Shown here: positions 9,772 through 19,486 of the stretch, piece after piece | Layout of the letters: every line of letters starts with the position of its first letter | How positions within the stretch are numbered: position 1 is the first letter of the stretch | Assembly (NCBI GenBank): GCA_049521795.1 | Contig: JBEKOM010000009.1 | Span: 16,346 to 80,345 of the forward strand | Source: Candidatus Bathyarchaeia archaeon | GTDB lineage: Archaea > Thermoproteota > Bathyarchaeia > Bathyarchaeales > Bathycorpusculaceae | Direction: 5' to 3' | Length of the DNA stretch: 64,000 nucleotides | The notes under the pieces: model-generated | Told to the model about the DNA's origin: nothing | Seen by the model: only the letters and a program-made list of their open reading frames with translations | The model's database searches: none | Made by a program: the position numbers and the translations under genes

Positions 9772-10200
9772 ATGCGGCTTAAGTTTCTTGAGGGCAAGTA
9801 TCTGCTTAGTGCACGCATCGAGGAGTGTTCTCCTCTAGTTAAAAGGGCGTTAAGTGATGTAGGCCTGAAAAATGTGGCGGTGAAAAAGGAAGTTCCCCCT
9901 CGTTACTTGCTGCTAGAATACAGCCCCGGATGGGTGGGAAAAGCGTTAGAGATAGAGTTTGTTTTCAAGGAGACGCAAAATGGTACCGAGGTCTCCGTCA
10001 AATGGCCCTTTGCCAGCGAGATTCCCCCTTTCATAGACGACAAAGATCACGTTGCCCTTTTGAAAAAACACGAGGAAGAAAGGAAGCAAACGGCTGAACG
10101 TCTGATCGAGGAGTTCAAGAAAAGAATCGGCGCAACTGATATTCGAGTCTCCGAGGAAGTGAACCTTCTGCAAGGGGAGAGGAAAACGAAAGACGAGTAG
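9772..10200 (+). CDS. Hypothetical protein
   Basis: 142 aa ORF with an upstream GGGGAG; fills the gap between neighbours. Confidence 0.7.
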   Translation: MRLKFLEGKYLLSARIEECSPLVKRALSDVGLKNVAVKKEVPPRYLLLEYSPGWVGKALEIEFVFKETQNGTEVSVKWPFASEIPPFIDDKDHVALLKKHEEERKQTAERLIEEFKKRIGATDIRVSEEVNLLQGERKTKDE

Positions 10201-10303
10201 CCAAGCTTCACTCTTAATCTTAACCCAGCACGTGTTTTCGATTTGAAAAGAATGGTGTGCAACACGACAGCTGCTACGTCGTGCCGGAGATGACTTGAGA
10301 CTG

Positions 10304-10957
10304 TTAGGCTAGCTTCAACTGTCTTATCTGCTTAACGATGCTATCGACGGCTACTTCAGGTGGCAGTTCAAGGGATTCACATTTAAACTCTGCAAATGGG
10401 ACCCCTTTCTCTTTATAGTACTGCAATATGGGTTCGGTCTGACGCTCATAGACGCCTATGCGGTCCTTGATCACGTCTGGCATGTCGTCAGTACGCTGGT
10501 AAAGTTGCCCTCCGCACTTGTCGCATGTCCCCTCCACTTTGGGCTTCAAGAAGCGTATGTTATACACTTCTCCGCAGCTCTTGCATATTCGGCGGCTTGA
10601 CAAGCGCTCTATGATTATCCAGTCTGGTACCGTCAAGTGGATGACACCGTCTATCTTGACAAGCTTCTCCAAAGCTTTGGCCTGCTCAATAGTGCGCGGG
10701 AAGCCATCCAAGATGAAGCCTTTCTCGCTGGAAGACTTGTTCAAGCGTTGTTTCAGGACTTGCATAACTACGTCGTCGGGAACCAGCTGGCCCTTCTCTA
10801 CGAAACCTTTCACTTTCCTTCCCAACAGGGTGTCCTTTTTCATGATCTCTCGAAGAATGTCTCCCGTTGCGATGACGTTGATGCCTAGCCTTGTCTGCAA
10901 GCGCGAGGCATACGTGCCCTTGCCCGAACCTGGGGGACCAAAGATCACTAGTTTCAT
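10304..10957 (-). CDS. adk: Adenylate kinase (bacterial-type, Zn LID)
   Basis: GPPGSGKGT P-loop, GFILDGFPRT, and LID CxxC...CDKCGG-QRTDD. Confidence 0.95.
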   Translation of the reverse strand: MKLVIFGPPGSGKGTYASRLQTRLGINVIATGDILREIMKKDTLLGRKVKGFVEKGQLVPDDVVMQVLKQRLNKSSSEKGFILDGFPRTIEQAKALEKLVKIDGVIHLTVPDWIIIERLSSRRICKSCGEVYNIRFLKPKVEGTCDKCGGQLYQRTDDMPDVIKDRIGVYERQTEPILQYYKEKGVPFAEFKCESLELPPEVAVDSIVKQIRQLKLA

Positions 10958-11096
10958 GGGTCACCACTGAGCTTTTCACTTGCTAGTGAACGGTTTCTAG
11001 GTTTCAGTGCACATTCATATATCGTTTTTGAGTAGAACCTCAATGACTCTGCTTCAAAAAAGGCTTTTCGAGGAAGGAAAAGGTTGAAGAGGGGAA

Positions 11097-11879
11097 TCAT
11101 TTGCCTTTGAAGACAGGCTTTCTTTTCTCTGTGAACGCTGAGACGCCTTCCTTAAAGTCCTCCGATGAGGCAACGACGCCGAAGCCTTCCCGCTCTAGCG
11201 CTAGGGCCGAGTCGAGGCTTATGTTCGCGCCCTTGTTGATCAAGGCCTTTGCCACTTTCAGCGCAACCGGAGGCTTGGATGCTAGCTCTAGGGCAAACTG
11301 TCGAACCGTCTCCATGAACTTGTCCGCAGGGGCTACCATGTTTATTAATCCCAACTGCTCTGCGGTTCTCGCGTCAAGCATCTTTCCAGTGAAAACAAGC
11401 TCCTTAGCCTTCGTCATGCCCACCAGACGCGTGAGTCGCTGAGTCCCACCCCAACCTGGAATTAAGCCGAAGTTCACTTCTGTCTGTCCCATGCGAGCGT
11501 TTTCAGAGGCTATGCGGATGTCGCCCGCCATGGCAACTTCCAAGCCTCCGCCCAAAGCGTAACCGTTGATCGCTGCAATGACAGGTTTCTCCAGGTTTTC
11601 CAAGGCTAGGCACAGGCTTTCGCCCATGAGTGAGAGCTCTCTCGCCTTCAAGGCAGTCATTCCCGCCATAGCTTTTATGTCAGCGCCAGCTGAGAACGCT
11701 TTTTCGCCAGCTCCTGTCAGCACGACAACGCGCACGTTTTCATCACTCTTAACATCTTCCAGTGCCCGAAGTACTTCTTCTACCACTTCCTTGCTGAAGA
11801 CGTTCAACGCCTCAGGCCGATTCAACGTGATTGTGGCTACACCCTCGCTCTTTTCATAGATTATTGATTTGAATTCCAT
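11097..11879 (-). CDS. crt: Enoyl-CoA hydratase (crotonase)
   Basis: AFSAGADI, GYALGGGLE and GQTEVNFGLIPGWGGTQRL motifs. Confidence 0.92.
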   Translation of the reverse strand: MEFKSIIYEKSEGVATITLNRPEALNVFSKEVVEEVLRALEDVKSDENVRVVVLTGAGEKAFSAGADIKAMAGMTALKARELSLMGESLCLALENLEKPVIAAINGYALGGGLEVAMAGDIRIASENARMGQTEVNFGLIPGWGGTQRLTRLVGMTKAKELVFTGKMLDARTAEQLGLINMVAPADKFMETVRQFALELASKPPVALKVAKALINKGANISLDSALALEREGFGVVASSEDFKEGVSAFTEKRKPVFKGK

Positions 11880-11897
11880 CAGTTACAACTCCCGCGC

Positions 11898-12773
11898 TTA
11901 TTTTTGGGTCCAGTCGTAAAAGCCTTTGCCCGTCTTTCTGCCGAGAAGCTGGGCTTTAGCCATCTGCTTCAGTCCCGTGGTTGGGTGGAACTTCGGATCC
12001 AGTTCTTTCGTGAGCACTTCGGCAATGGCAAGCGTCGTGTCTGAACCTATGTAATCCAACAGCATGAGAGGGCCCATGGGCCAGTTTAGTCCAAGCTTTA
12101 TGGCCCTGTCGATGTCGTCCCTGTCCGCAACTCCTTCATAGCACAGGGCTACCGCCTCGTTCAGCGCGGGGATGAGTATCCTGTTCACTATGAAGCCTGG
12201 ACTGTCCTTCTTCACGACCACCGTTTCCTTCTCCATCTTGTGGGCAACAGCCAAAATCGTTTCAATGGTCGCGTCCGAAGTCTTCGCTCCTCTGATCACC
12301 TCAATTAGCTTCATGAGCTGCGGCGGGTTGAAGAAGTGCATGCCACAGACCCTTTCAGGGCGTTTGGTCGCTGAGGCCATCTCTGTGATGCTGACGGAGG
12401 AGGTGTTCGAAGCGATTATCGCGTGGCTCGGAGCGTAACTGTCCACTTCGCGGAACGTGGCCTTCTTCAACTCCAAGTTCTCCGGGACCGCTTCAATTAT
12501 CAAGTCCGCGTCGGCAACAGCCTCTTTCAAGTCGAGCGTTGGATGAATCCTTGCCAACGTCGCATTCATGTCCGCTTCAGTGAGCTGACCCTTCTTCACG
12601 AATCGCTGCAGGCTCTCCCTTATCATGCCCACACCGCTATCAACGAAACGCTGTTCAACATCTCGAAGATTCACTTCATACTTCCCGACTTGAGCCGCCA
12701 CCTGTGCTATTCCGTGGCCCATCAAACCCGCGCCGAGAACTGCGATTCTCTTGATTTCAGCCAAGTTTCTCAC
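11898..12773 (-). CDS. hbd: 3-hydroxyacyl-CoA (3-hydroxybutyryl-CoA) dehydrogenase
   Basis: GAGLMGHG, IEAVPE, SNTSS, GMHFFNP, PGFIVNRIL and GRKTGKGFY motifs. Confidence 0.93.
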   Translation of the reverse strand: MRNLAEIKRIAVLGAGLMGHGIAQVAAQVGKYEVNLRDVEQRFVDSGVGMIRESLQRFVKKGQLTEADMNATLARIHPTLDLKEAVADADLIIEAVPENLELKKATFREVDSYAPSHAIIASNTSSVSITEMASATKRPERVCGMHFFNPPQLMKLIEVIRGAKTSDATIETILAVAHKMEKETVVVKKDSPGFIVNRILIPALNEAVALCYEGVADRDDIDRAIKLGLNWPMGPLMLLDYIGSDTTLAIAEVLTKELDPKFHPTTGLKQMAKAQLLGRKTGKGFYDWTQK

Positions 12774-13023
12774 CTTTAACGCAGAATGACTACTCGACCA
12801 CTTTTACTAAAAAGGTTTTCCAACAATGCGCACCATTGTCCTTCTTGCCTTACATGCGACAGGTGTTTAGAAGTCTCAACCACTAGCATCAGGTATGCGC
12901 ACCAAACTTTCTGTTTCCCGACCTCTCTTTTCAAGGATTTCGGCGACGCTGCCCATTGTTGACTTCACCCGAATTGCTCACAATTACTGCTTTCTCGCCA
13001 TCTATGTTTTTCCAAGAGTCACG

Positions 13024-13833
13024 TCAGGGGAACGACCAGCGCTCAAAGTTCCATTTATAAATGCCGCCGTTCTCCAGTAGCCAAGCGTCGCAGCCTACTG
13101 GACCGCTCACCCATTTTTTCTGGTTGCCGTTCCAGTAGTACCATATCCAAGTGTAGCCCCAGGCGTAAGATGGGTCAGTATACGTTGATTTGTTGTTGAT
13201 AGAATCAACTAGGACATGGCCTGGTTCAGTGAAAGCGTAGTAGCTGTATTTGATGACGGCTATCTCTTGTGTCAATTTGAAAAGGGTGTAACCTGCTGAC
13301 ACTTTGGTTTCATTGTGCCATTCCACGGTTTCGTTTCCATAATTGATTTCAACGTTTACGGCCAGCGTCGTAGCTTCGCTGATTGACAGCGCTAGCTCTC
13401 TGAGTGCAGAAAGGCTAAACAAGTCATGGTACTCGCTGAGCAGATTACCAAAATCTGTTTTTGTGATGTTGCTTTTCTGCTGAAGTCCTTCGTAGTCGCT
13501 TAGGAGTTGATTGTACGTTTTGTTTATGTCCTCCTGTTCGAACAGGTTCGTATAGTTCTTGCCCAAGTTTGTGATTGCACTTCCTAAAGACGGCATTAAA
13601 GTCACGTAATTGCTACTTGCGAAGTACGAGTAGTTGCCATACAACGAGGCGTATTCAGTCAACAGCAAATCATACTTTTCGGTTGCGTCGCCGTAGCTTG
13701 ACGCGACTTTGTTCAGCGAGTTTTGAGCGCTGTTTCCATTCTGGAGGAAGTAGTACCCCGCAAACGATGAGGCCAGAGCTGCCCACACGATTGAGGCGAG
13801 CATCAAGAATACAAACGTTCTTTTTTCGACCAA
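13024..13833 (-). CDS. Membrane-anchored extracellular protein with a C-terminal DUF4430/transcobalamin-like domain
   Basis: N-terminal TM helix and helical stalk; C-terminal GHVLVDSIN...WIWYYWN...W-SGPVGCD...L-NG pattern; overlaps the ECF S-component gene. Confidence 0.65.
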   Translation of the reverse strand: MVEKRTFVFLMLASIVWAALASSFAGYYFLQNGNSAQNSLNKVASSYGDATEKYDLLLTEYASLYGNYSYFASSNYVTLMPSLGSAITNLGKNYTNLFEQEDINKTYNQLLSDYEGLQQKSNITKTDFGNLLSEYHDLFSLSALRELALSISEATTLAVNVEINYGNETVEWHNETKVSAGYTLFKLTQEIAVIKYSYYAFTEPGHVLVDSINNKSTYTDPSYAWGYTWIWYYWNGNQKKWVSGPVGCDAWLLENGGIYKWNFERWSFP

Positions 13834-14375
13834 GGAGATTCGCCAACCTTCAAACTGTTCAACGCATTGGTGATTGGAAGAAACAGAACTCCAAAAACCA
13901 CACTGTTAGAAACTATGTGTACCAACGAATAGAAGGAGCCGTAGACTACGGCGGTAAAAAAAGCCAAAGATGCGTCCTCGCCTGTCAAAATGAGTTGAAC
14001 GCCAAATCCCAAGTTAGTGATCAAGTCATAAATCAGAGCAATAAAAGCGCCTAAAACAGCCGCTTCTAAAAAGAAATTCTTGGAAAGAGTAGTGTCACGT
14101 GTGAATCTTCTATAAGCGCCGCCCAGAACAGCAGCGATCATCATGCCCATTATTTGGAAAGGGATGTTTAAGCCGCCAAACCCATAAGGAGACAAGAAGC
14201 CGTTGATGAGCATCACAAAGCTACCGAAAAACGCGCCGACAATTGCTCCTTCCATCAACCCCAGTACAAAAGAGAAGAAAGATGTAAACTCGACGTTTGG
14301 CGGTCTAGGAACAATCTGAAGGGCTATGCATAGCGCGGTTAGAATTATTAAGAGAGCAAGTTTCCGCGTGTTCAT
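13803..14375 (-). CDS. ECF transporter S component (CbrT-like)
   Basis: KLALLIILTALCIALQ...PPNVE N-terminus, about 6 TM helices, YDLITN and HIVSN motifs. Confidence 0.8.
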   Translation of the reverse strand: MNTRKLALLIILTALCIALQIVPRPPNVEFTSFFSFVLGLMEGAIVGAFFGSFVMLINGFLSPYGFGGLNIPFQIMGMMIAAVLGGAYRRFTRDTTLSKNFFLEAAVLGAFIALIYDLITNLGFGVQLILTGEDASLAFFTAVVYGSFYSLVHIVSNSVVFGVLFLPITNALNSLKVGESPWSKKERLYS

Positions 14376-14465
14376 TAAAGTGGCCTGCTGGTTAGATAAT
14401 CCAGCCAACGTATATAAGAATTGCTATAAACAACTACAACAGCTTATACGCGAGGAAAAACACGG

Positions 14466-15101
14466 TTGACGGCTCTTGAAACTGTTGCCAAGGTAGCAGC
14501 CAAGATCGCGCCTGGACGACAGCCCTCGTTCGCTGAGGCTCATGTCGTAGAGGCTTTGGAGGACATAAGCAGTCTAGGAGCTGTTGGCAGGTTGAGGCTT
14601 TCAAGGGACCTCGACTTAGGGGAAGGTGAGACCCGAACTCTCCTCAAGCATCTCAAGAACGAGGGCCTGATTGAAGTTTCAAAATCAGGGATCTCGCTGT
14701 CTGAAGCTGGAAGGAAGCTACTTTCCAGCCTGAGAGCGGTCTTGAGCGAACAAGTAGAGATTTCGTCTACGCCCTTGACAGTCGGCCGCTTCAACGTTGC
14801 AGTTCGAGTGGCAGGAATGAAAAACTCCGTAAAGTACGGCCTAGAACAGAGAGACGCAGCCATAAAAGCAGGCGCAAAGGGAGCTACAACTTTTGTCTTC
14901 GGCAAGAACGGGTTAGCCATGCCTGGGACTGGAGAAGACGTATCAAAAAGTGGTTTCTCCATCATTGCAGCGTTGTCAAAACTCAGTTTGAAGGAGGGCG
15001 ATGTCATAATAATCGGAAGTGCAGATGAAAAGATCAAGGCAGAACTTGGAACGAAAACAGCCGCCCTTGAACTTCTCAAAGTAGGCCATGGAAAACCCTG
15101 A
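14466..15101 (+). CDS. Archaeal wHTH protein (DUF4443/PH0730-like)
   Basis: PGRQPSF, GRLRLSRDLDLGEGETRTLL HTH and GLEQRDAAIKAGAKGATT motifs. Confidence 0.8.
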   Translation: MTALETVAKVAAKIAPGRQPSFAEAHVVEALEDISSLGAVGRLRLSRDLDLGEGETRTLLKHLKNEGLIEVSKSGISLSEAGRKLLSSLRAVLSEQVEISSTPLTVGRFNVAVRVAGMKNSVKYGLEQRDAAIKAGAKGATTFVFGKNGLAMPGTGEDVSKSGFSIIAALSKLSLKEGDVIIIGSADEKIKAELGTKTAALELLKVGHGKP

Positions 15102-15199
15102 ACTCTAACGCACTGGCCAAACCAATGACACGTTCCATGGCCATTCTGGCAAGAAGAGGCGCGGATAGCACTCTGCACTATGCAAGTGAGAGGGAGCGC

Positions 15200-16096
15200 T
15201 CAAACAAGTTCTCCATTAGCGACCATAACAACCTTTCCGCCTACGTGAACCTGTATTTCATTCAGCCTCTTTCTCGCCTTAAGACGAAGTAAAGAAGGCC
15301 GACGTATTTCGCAGCCTTGCTCAACTCTGATGTCAACGATGTCGCTCCCAAAGTAACGGTAGCGAGACAGATAGCCTGCGAGGCAACCGTTGCCTGAACC
15401 AGTGGCAGGATCCTCGGGAATTCCGAACAGATCTACGAAGACTCGAACGTTTAAGTCGTTCTCCTTCTCGTATGTTTCAGGACTAAACACGAGAATGCCC
15501 GTCTGGGCGGCTTTCGTCAGTTTCTCATGGCGTTCCCGGTTGACCCTGGCACGCTTCACTGCTTCCAGCGATTTCAAAGGAACGATTGTGAAAGGAGTAC
15601 CAGTGGACACTTCTTGAATAGGAAACCTGCTGTCCACGTCTTTCACTTCGAGACACAGCGCCTCGGAGATTCCTACGGCATCAAACGTCTCACCAAAAGC
15701 AGGCGGTATCTGTTTCATCCACAGAATCTCGTTGCCAGCGGTGTCTTTTTCAAAGGTGACAGGTATCTGCCCTACCTTCAAGTTCAGTAACACTTTCTTC
15801 ACAGTTCGATTTAGGACATGATGTCTTATGACGTAAGCTGTGCCTAGGGTAGGGTGACCTGCAAACGGCAATTCGTTCGCTGGCGTAAAGATGCGAACAT
15901 CATACCCGCCGTCTCTCTCTTCGTCTGACAGGATAAACGTCGTTTCAGAGAAATGCATCTCATTGGCGATCTTCTGCATCTGAACTTTAGATAACGCACG
16001 TGCGTTTCTGAATACGGCAAGCTGGTTCCCCGCGTATTTTTCCTCGGCAAACACATCAAGCAAGCAAAATTCCAAACTTCGCATTTTGGCCTTCAC
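15200..16096 (-). CDS. PhzF family isomerase/epimerase
   Basis: DVFAE, GNQLAV, FSETTF, RIFTPANELPFAGHPTLG and EDPATGSG motifs. Confidence 0.92.
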   Translation of the reverse strand: MKAKMRSLEFCLLDVFAEEKYAGNQLAVFRNARALSKVQMQKIANEMHFSETTFILSDEERDGGYDVRIFTPANELPFAGHPTLGTAYVIRHHVLNRTVKKVLLNLKVGQIPVTFEKDTAGNEILWMKQIPPAFGETFDAVGISEALCLEVKDVDSRFPIQEVSTGTPFTIVPLKSLEAVKRARVNRERHEKLTKAAQTGILVFSPETYEKENDLNVRVFVDLFGIPEDPATGSGNGCLAGYLSRYRYFGSDIVDIRVEQGCEIRRPSLLRLKARKRLNEIQVHVGGKVVMVANGELV

Positions 16097-16134
16097 ACTC
16101 CGATGGGTCCTTCACCGAGCATACGAAGCGCGCG

Positions 16135-17322
16135 CTAGTAGGATTTTGGCAAGCCTAGGACGTGTTCGCCTATGAACGCAAGTGCCATTTGATGTGTCAC
16201 GGGTGCCAGCCTGATCAGGTTCACTTCTCTCCACCAACGTTCCACGTCGTAGTCGACGGCGTAACCGTAGCCTCCGAAGGTCTGCATGGCATGGTACACC
16301 GCCTGCGCGCCTGCTTCTTCAGCTGAGACTTTCGCCATTGCGGCTTCTGCGCCGCAAGGTTTTCCATTATCGTACAGCCATGCGGCTTTGTACGTGAGCA
16401 GTCTGGCTGCTTCGATTTTTGCTTTAGCTTCTGCTAGGGGAAACTGGAGTGCTTGGTAGGAGCCGATGGGGGCTCCGAAAACGTTTCTCTGTTTGGCGTG
16501 TTCGATGGCCTTCTTCATCGCCAAGAGTCCTATTCCTCCGGCGGCTCCGGCGAAGGAAATTCGTTCGGGGTTCAGGGTGTCAAGAATAACGTACCAGCCT
16601 TTGTCTCTTTCGCCGAGCATGTTTTCGCGAGGTATCCTGAGGTCGGTGATGTAAACGTCGCAGGTCTTTGAGTAGTTGATTCCGTGTTTTTCAATAGGTG
16701 TAACCTCTATGGCTGGGTTCGGTAGATCGACGAGGAAGACGCTTAAGCCTATCGTTCTCTTCGGCGCCTTCTCCAGAGGGGTTGTTCTTGTGATGAGGAC
16801 CATTCCTTTTGCTCTGTCGACGCCTGAGATCAGGGTTTTTCGTCCGTTCACGACGAATTCGTCTCCGTCTTCGACCGCTGCGGTCTGAATGTTCAGCGTG
16901 TTGGTCCCTGCGTCGGGTTCAGTGAGCCCCAGACAGAACTCGGTGCCCTTAACGATCTTCGGCAGGTACCTCTCTTTCTGATCTTCATTTCCATGCTTCA
17001 CAAGGGACAAACCTCCAAAAACAGAGGTCAGGCACAGAAACCACGTTCCTGCGAACCCGCAGCTTTCAGAGGTCAGGGTTTCCATTGCTAAGAGCATCTC
17101 GGACATTCCCATGCCTCCGCCTCCGTACTTTTCAGGCACGACGATGCCCACGAAACCGGCTTCAACCAAGGCCTTCCAGAAGTCGTCAGGGAACTCGTGA
17201 TTCTTGTCCTTGTTGCGCCAGTACTCTGGGTCGAAGTCCTTTGCGACGTCACAGGCCGCACTGACTATCATCTTTTGCTCAGGAGTTAGCTCGAAGCTCA
17301 ACGGTTTCACCGAGCAATTCAT
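16135..17322 (-). CDS. Acyl-CoA dehydrogenase
   Basis: LTEPDAGT, NGRKTLIS, LNPERI, R-VFGAPIG-YQALQ and QTFGGYGY motifs. Confidence 0.93.
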   Translation of the reverse strand: MNCSVKPLSFELTPEQKMIVSAACDVAKDFDPEYWRNKDKNHEFPDDFWKALVEAGFVGIVVPEKYGGGGMGMSEMLLAMETLTSESCGFAGTWFLCLTSVFGGLSLVKHGNEDQKERYLPKIVKGTEFCLGLTEPDAGTNTLNIQTAAVEDGDEFVVNGRKTLISGVDRAKGMVLITRTTPLEKAPKRTIGLSVFLVDLPNPAIEVTPIEKHGINYSKTCDVYITDLRIPRENMLGERDKGWYVILDTLNPERISFAGAAGGIGLLAMKKAIEHAKQRNVFGAPIGSYQALQFPLAEAKAKIEAARLLTYKAAWLYDNGKPCGAEAAMAKVSAEEAGAQAVYHAMQTFGGYGYAVDYDVERWWREVNLIRLAPVTHQMALAFIGEHVLGLPKSY

Positions 17323-17515
17323 CTATGAGACGGTTATAAAAGAATGCTCCCTGCAAGCCATGAAACGATGATGGAAGGCTTTGGCGCGCGCTATTGTTGA
17401 CAGATTAAGGACTGAAACGATCGAGCCGAACACAGCTCCCCTGCATCGCGCGCGTCTGTTCGCGGGGAAAGTTTTATAAAATAATGTGGGTCAGGGATGT
17501 TGCATTGGAGTTTTG

Positions 17516-17947
17516 ATGTTTTTGATTCTGGACTCGATTTTGAGTCAGACGGATTTGGTCAGCTTAGTTGTGTTAATTATCGGCTTGATCATTCTGTGGA
17601 TAATTGTTTCGATACCCGCGTACTTGGCAGGAAAAGTGGTGACGAGCGGGAGGTCCACTTTCGGCGAGGCTATGCTTGCGACGCTTTTCGGGCCCATAGT
17701 CTATGCTGTAACGCTGATCGTGGTGGATTATTTTCTGGGGGCGATAATAGGGGGCGCAGCTTCCGTAATTGCCTTGATTCTCGCTTTCATAGCTTGGGTG
17801 TGGGTCTTTAAGGCAAGCTTCAAGACTGGCTGGCTCGGTGGGCTCGGGATAGCGATACTCTCTGTAATCGTGTTTTGGATATTGAGCATAATTCTAGGCT
17901 TCTTGTTTGGTTCAATTACAACTACGCACTACTTCCCTAGCTTCTAG
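17516..17947 (+). CDS. Hypothetical 4-TM membrane protein
   Basis: Hydrophobic ORF behind a TTTTATAAA TATA-like box; start uncertain. Confidence 0.75.
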   Translation: MFLILDSILSQTDLVSLVVLIIGLIILWIIVSIPAYLAGKVVTSGRSTFGEAMLATLFGPIVYAVTLIVVDYFLGAIIGGAASVIALILAFIAWVWVFKASFKTGWLGGLGIAILSVIVFWILSIILGFLFGSITTTHYFPSF

Positions 17948-18160
17948 ACGCTTGAATTTCGTGGTCCTTCGGATTTAAGTGGACCGTGTTCCTAGGAACT
18001 AGAGCGCTCTCATATTACTAGACCGCAAACGCGTTCAAGTCCTGCGAGCGCAATAGCGAAGGGCCTGCTTTTGACCTCAGTTACCCACATCAAATCTTAT
18101 ATGAGCGACTGTCAGAATAGGAGATCAGTCCAAGTTCAACCTTGTTTGGAATGTGTGCGA

Positions 18161-19486
18161 ATGAGAAAGACGATATTCAAGAAGCTTGAGGCTCAGGGCT
18201 TAATCACAAACTACAACCATCTGAGAAAGAATCTGCCGCCGAAACTTCCTGAGAACGTTTTGATATGGGATGAGACGCTGAGAGAGGGTGTTCAGGCCTT
18301 AGCGGTCTTTTTGACCTATGTTGAGAAAGTGAAGTTGGCCAAGATGATGGATGAGGTGGGCGTGTCCATCATATCTGTGGGTTTTCCAGCACTCTCTGAA
18401 GAAGAGAAGAGTGCAGTTAAAAAAATCGCGAACGAAGGCTTTCAGCAGGCAACCCTTGTGGCTTCGGCGCGGATCGTTAAGAGCGACATAGACACGTGTC
18501 TTGAGTGCGGGATAAGAGAGCTCTCCCTGTTCACGCCGTTCAACGGGCTGCACCTTCAGTACAGGCTCAAGGAGACCAAAGAGCAGGTCTTGAAGAAAAC
18601 TGTTGAAAGCGTCGAGTATGCTAAGAAGCACGGTGCAAAGGTGGATTTTGTCCTTGAGGACGCTTCGCGAACGCCCTTGCAGGACATTCTGCAGATCTTT
18701 GAAGCTGCCGCGAGGGCTGGTGCGGACCGGCTGGTGATCGCGGACACTGTTGGTTTCCTTAGACCCTTGTCTATGCATTACCTGGTATCGCACGTGAGGG
18801 ACGGCCTGTCAGAGCTTATGAAGAAGCAGGTTCCGCTCTCCATCCATTGTAACAACGATTTTGGCCTTGCAACTGCGAACACGTTGGCAGCCGTGGAAGA
18901 GGGCGTTGCGTGTGTGCACACGTGTGTTGCAGGGTTTGGTGGAAGAGCTGGCTGTGCGCCACTGGAGGAAGTCTGCACAGCGTTAGAGCTGCTCTATGAC
19001 ATTGACACCAAGGTGGATCTGGGGAAGCTGAACAGGCTTTCACAGTTGGTCGAGAAAAGTTTTGCCCTGCCCATTCAATTTCACAAGCCGATAATCGGGG
19101 AAAACGCTTTCTCCTACGAGATGAACGAAAACCTAGGGGCGATGATTGCGAACCCAATAATCTACGAGCCTTTTCCGCCTGAAATAGTTGGAAGGGAAAC
19201 CACGTTCCATCTGGGCAGACAGACTGGAAAGAGCGTGGTTGAAGAACGGTTGAAGATGGCAGAGATCAAGGCTACGCCCGTGCAGATACAGGAGATCGTT
19301 AGACGAATAAGAATAAGCCAAGAGTCTTTGGACAAGGGCGAGGCGCAGATGACTTTTTACCAGGTCAAGAAGCTGATGAAGGAACTTAGAAAAGGTCTGA
19401 CTGAAGAAGAGTTTTGGCGGACAGTTGAGCAGGTCACGAAGCAAAAACCCAAGCTGGTCCAACCGCTGACAACTGCGCCTACTTAG
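18161..19486 (+). CDS. Isopropylmalate/homocitrate/citramalate synthase family protein (DRE-TIM), with divergent active site
   Basis: WDETLREGVQ, EDASRT, ADTVG, HCNNDFGLATANTLAA and KPIIGENAF motifs; ATG at 18161. Confidence 0.85.
   Translation: MRKTIFKKLEAQGLITNYNHLRKNLPPKLPENVLIWDETLREGVQALAVFLTYVEKVKLAKMMDEVGVSIISVGFPALSEEEKSAVKKIANEGFQQATLVASARIVKSDIDTCLECGIRELSLFTPFNGLHLQYRLKETKEQVLKKTVESVEYAKKHGAKVDFVLEDASRTPLQDILQIFEAAARAGADRLVIADTVGFLRPLSMHYLVSHVRDGLSELMKKQVPLSIHCNNDFGLATANTLAAVEEGVACVHTCVAGFGGRAGCAPLEEVCTALELLYDIDTKVDLGKLNRLSQLVEKSFALPIQFHKPIIGENAFSYEMNENLGAMIANPIIYEPFPPEIVGRETTFHLGRQTGKSVVEERLKMAEIKATPVQIQEIVRRIRISQESLDKGEAQMTFYQVKKLMKELRKGLTEEEFWRTVEQVTKQKPKLVQPLTTAPT

Noticed and set aside
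12800-13020. Possible gene remnant between hbd and the DUF4430-like gene
   Set aside because: Only short, interrupted frames that I could not assign to any family.
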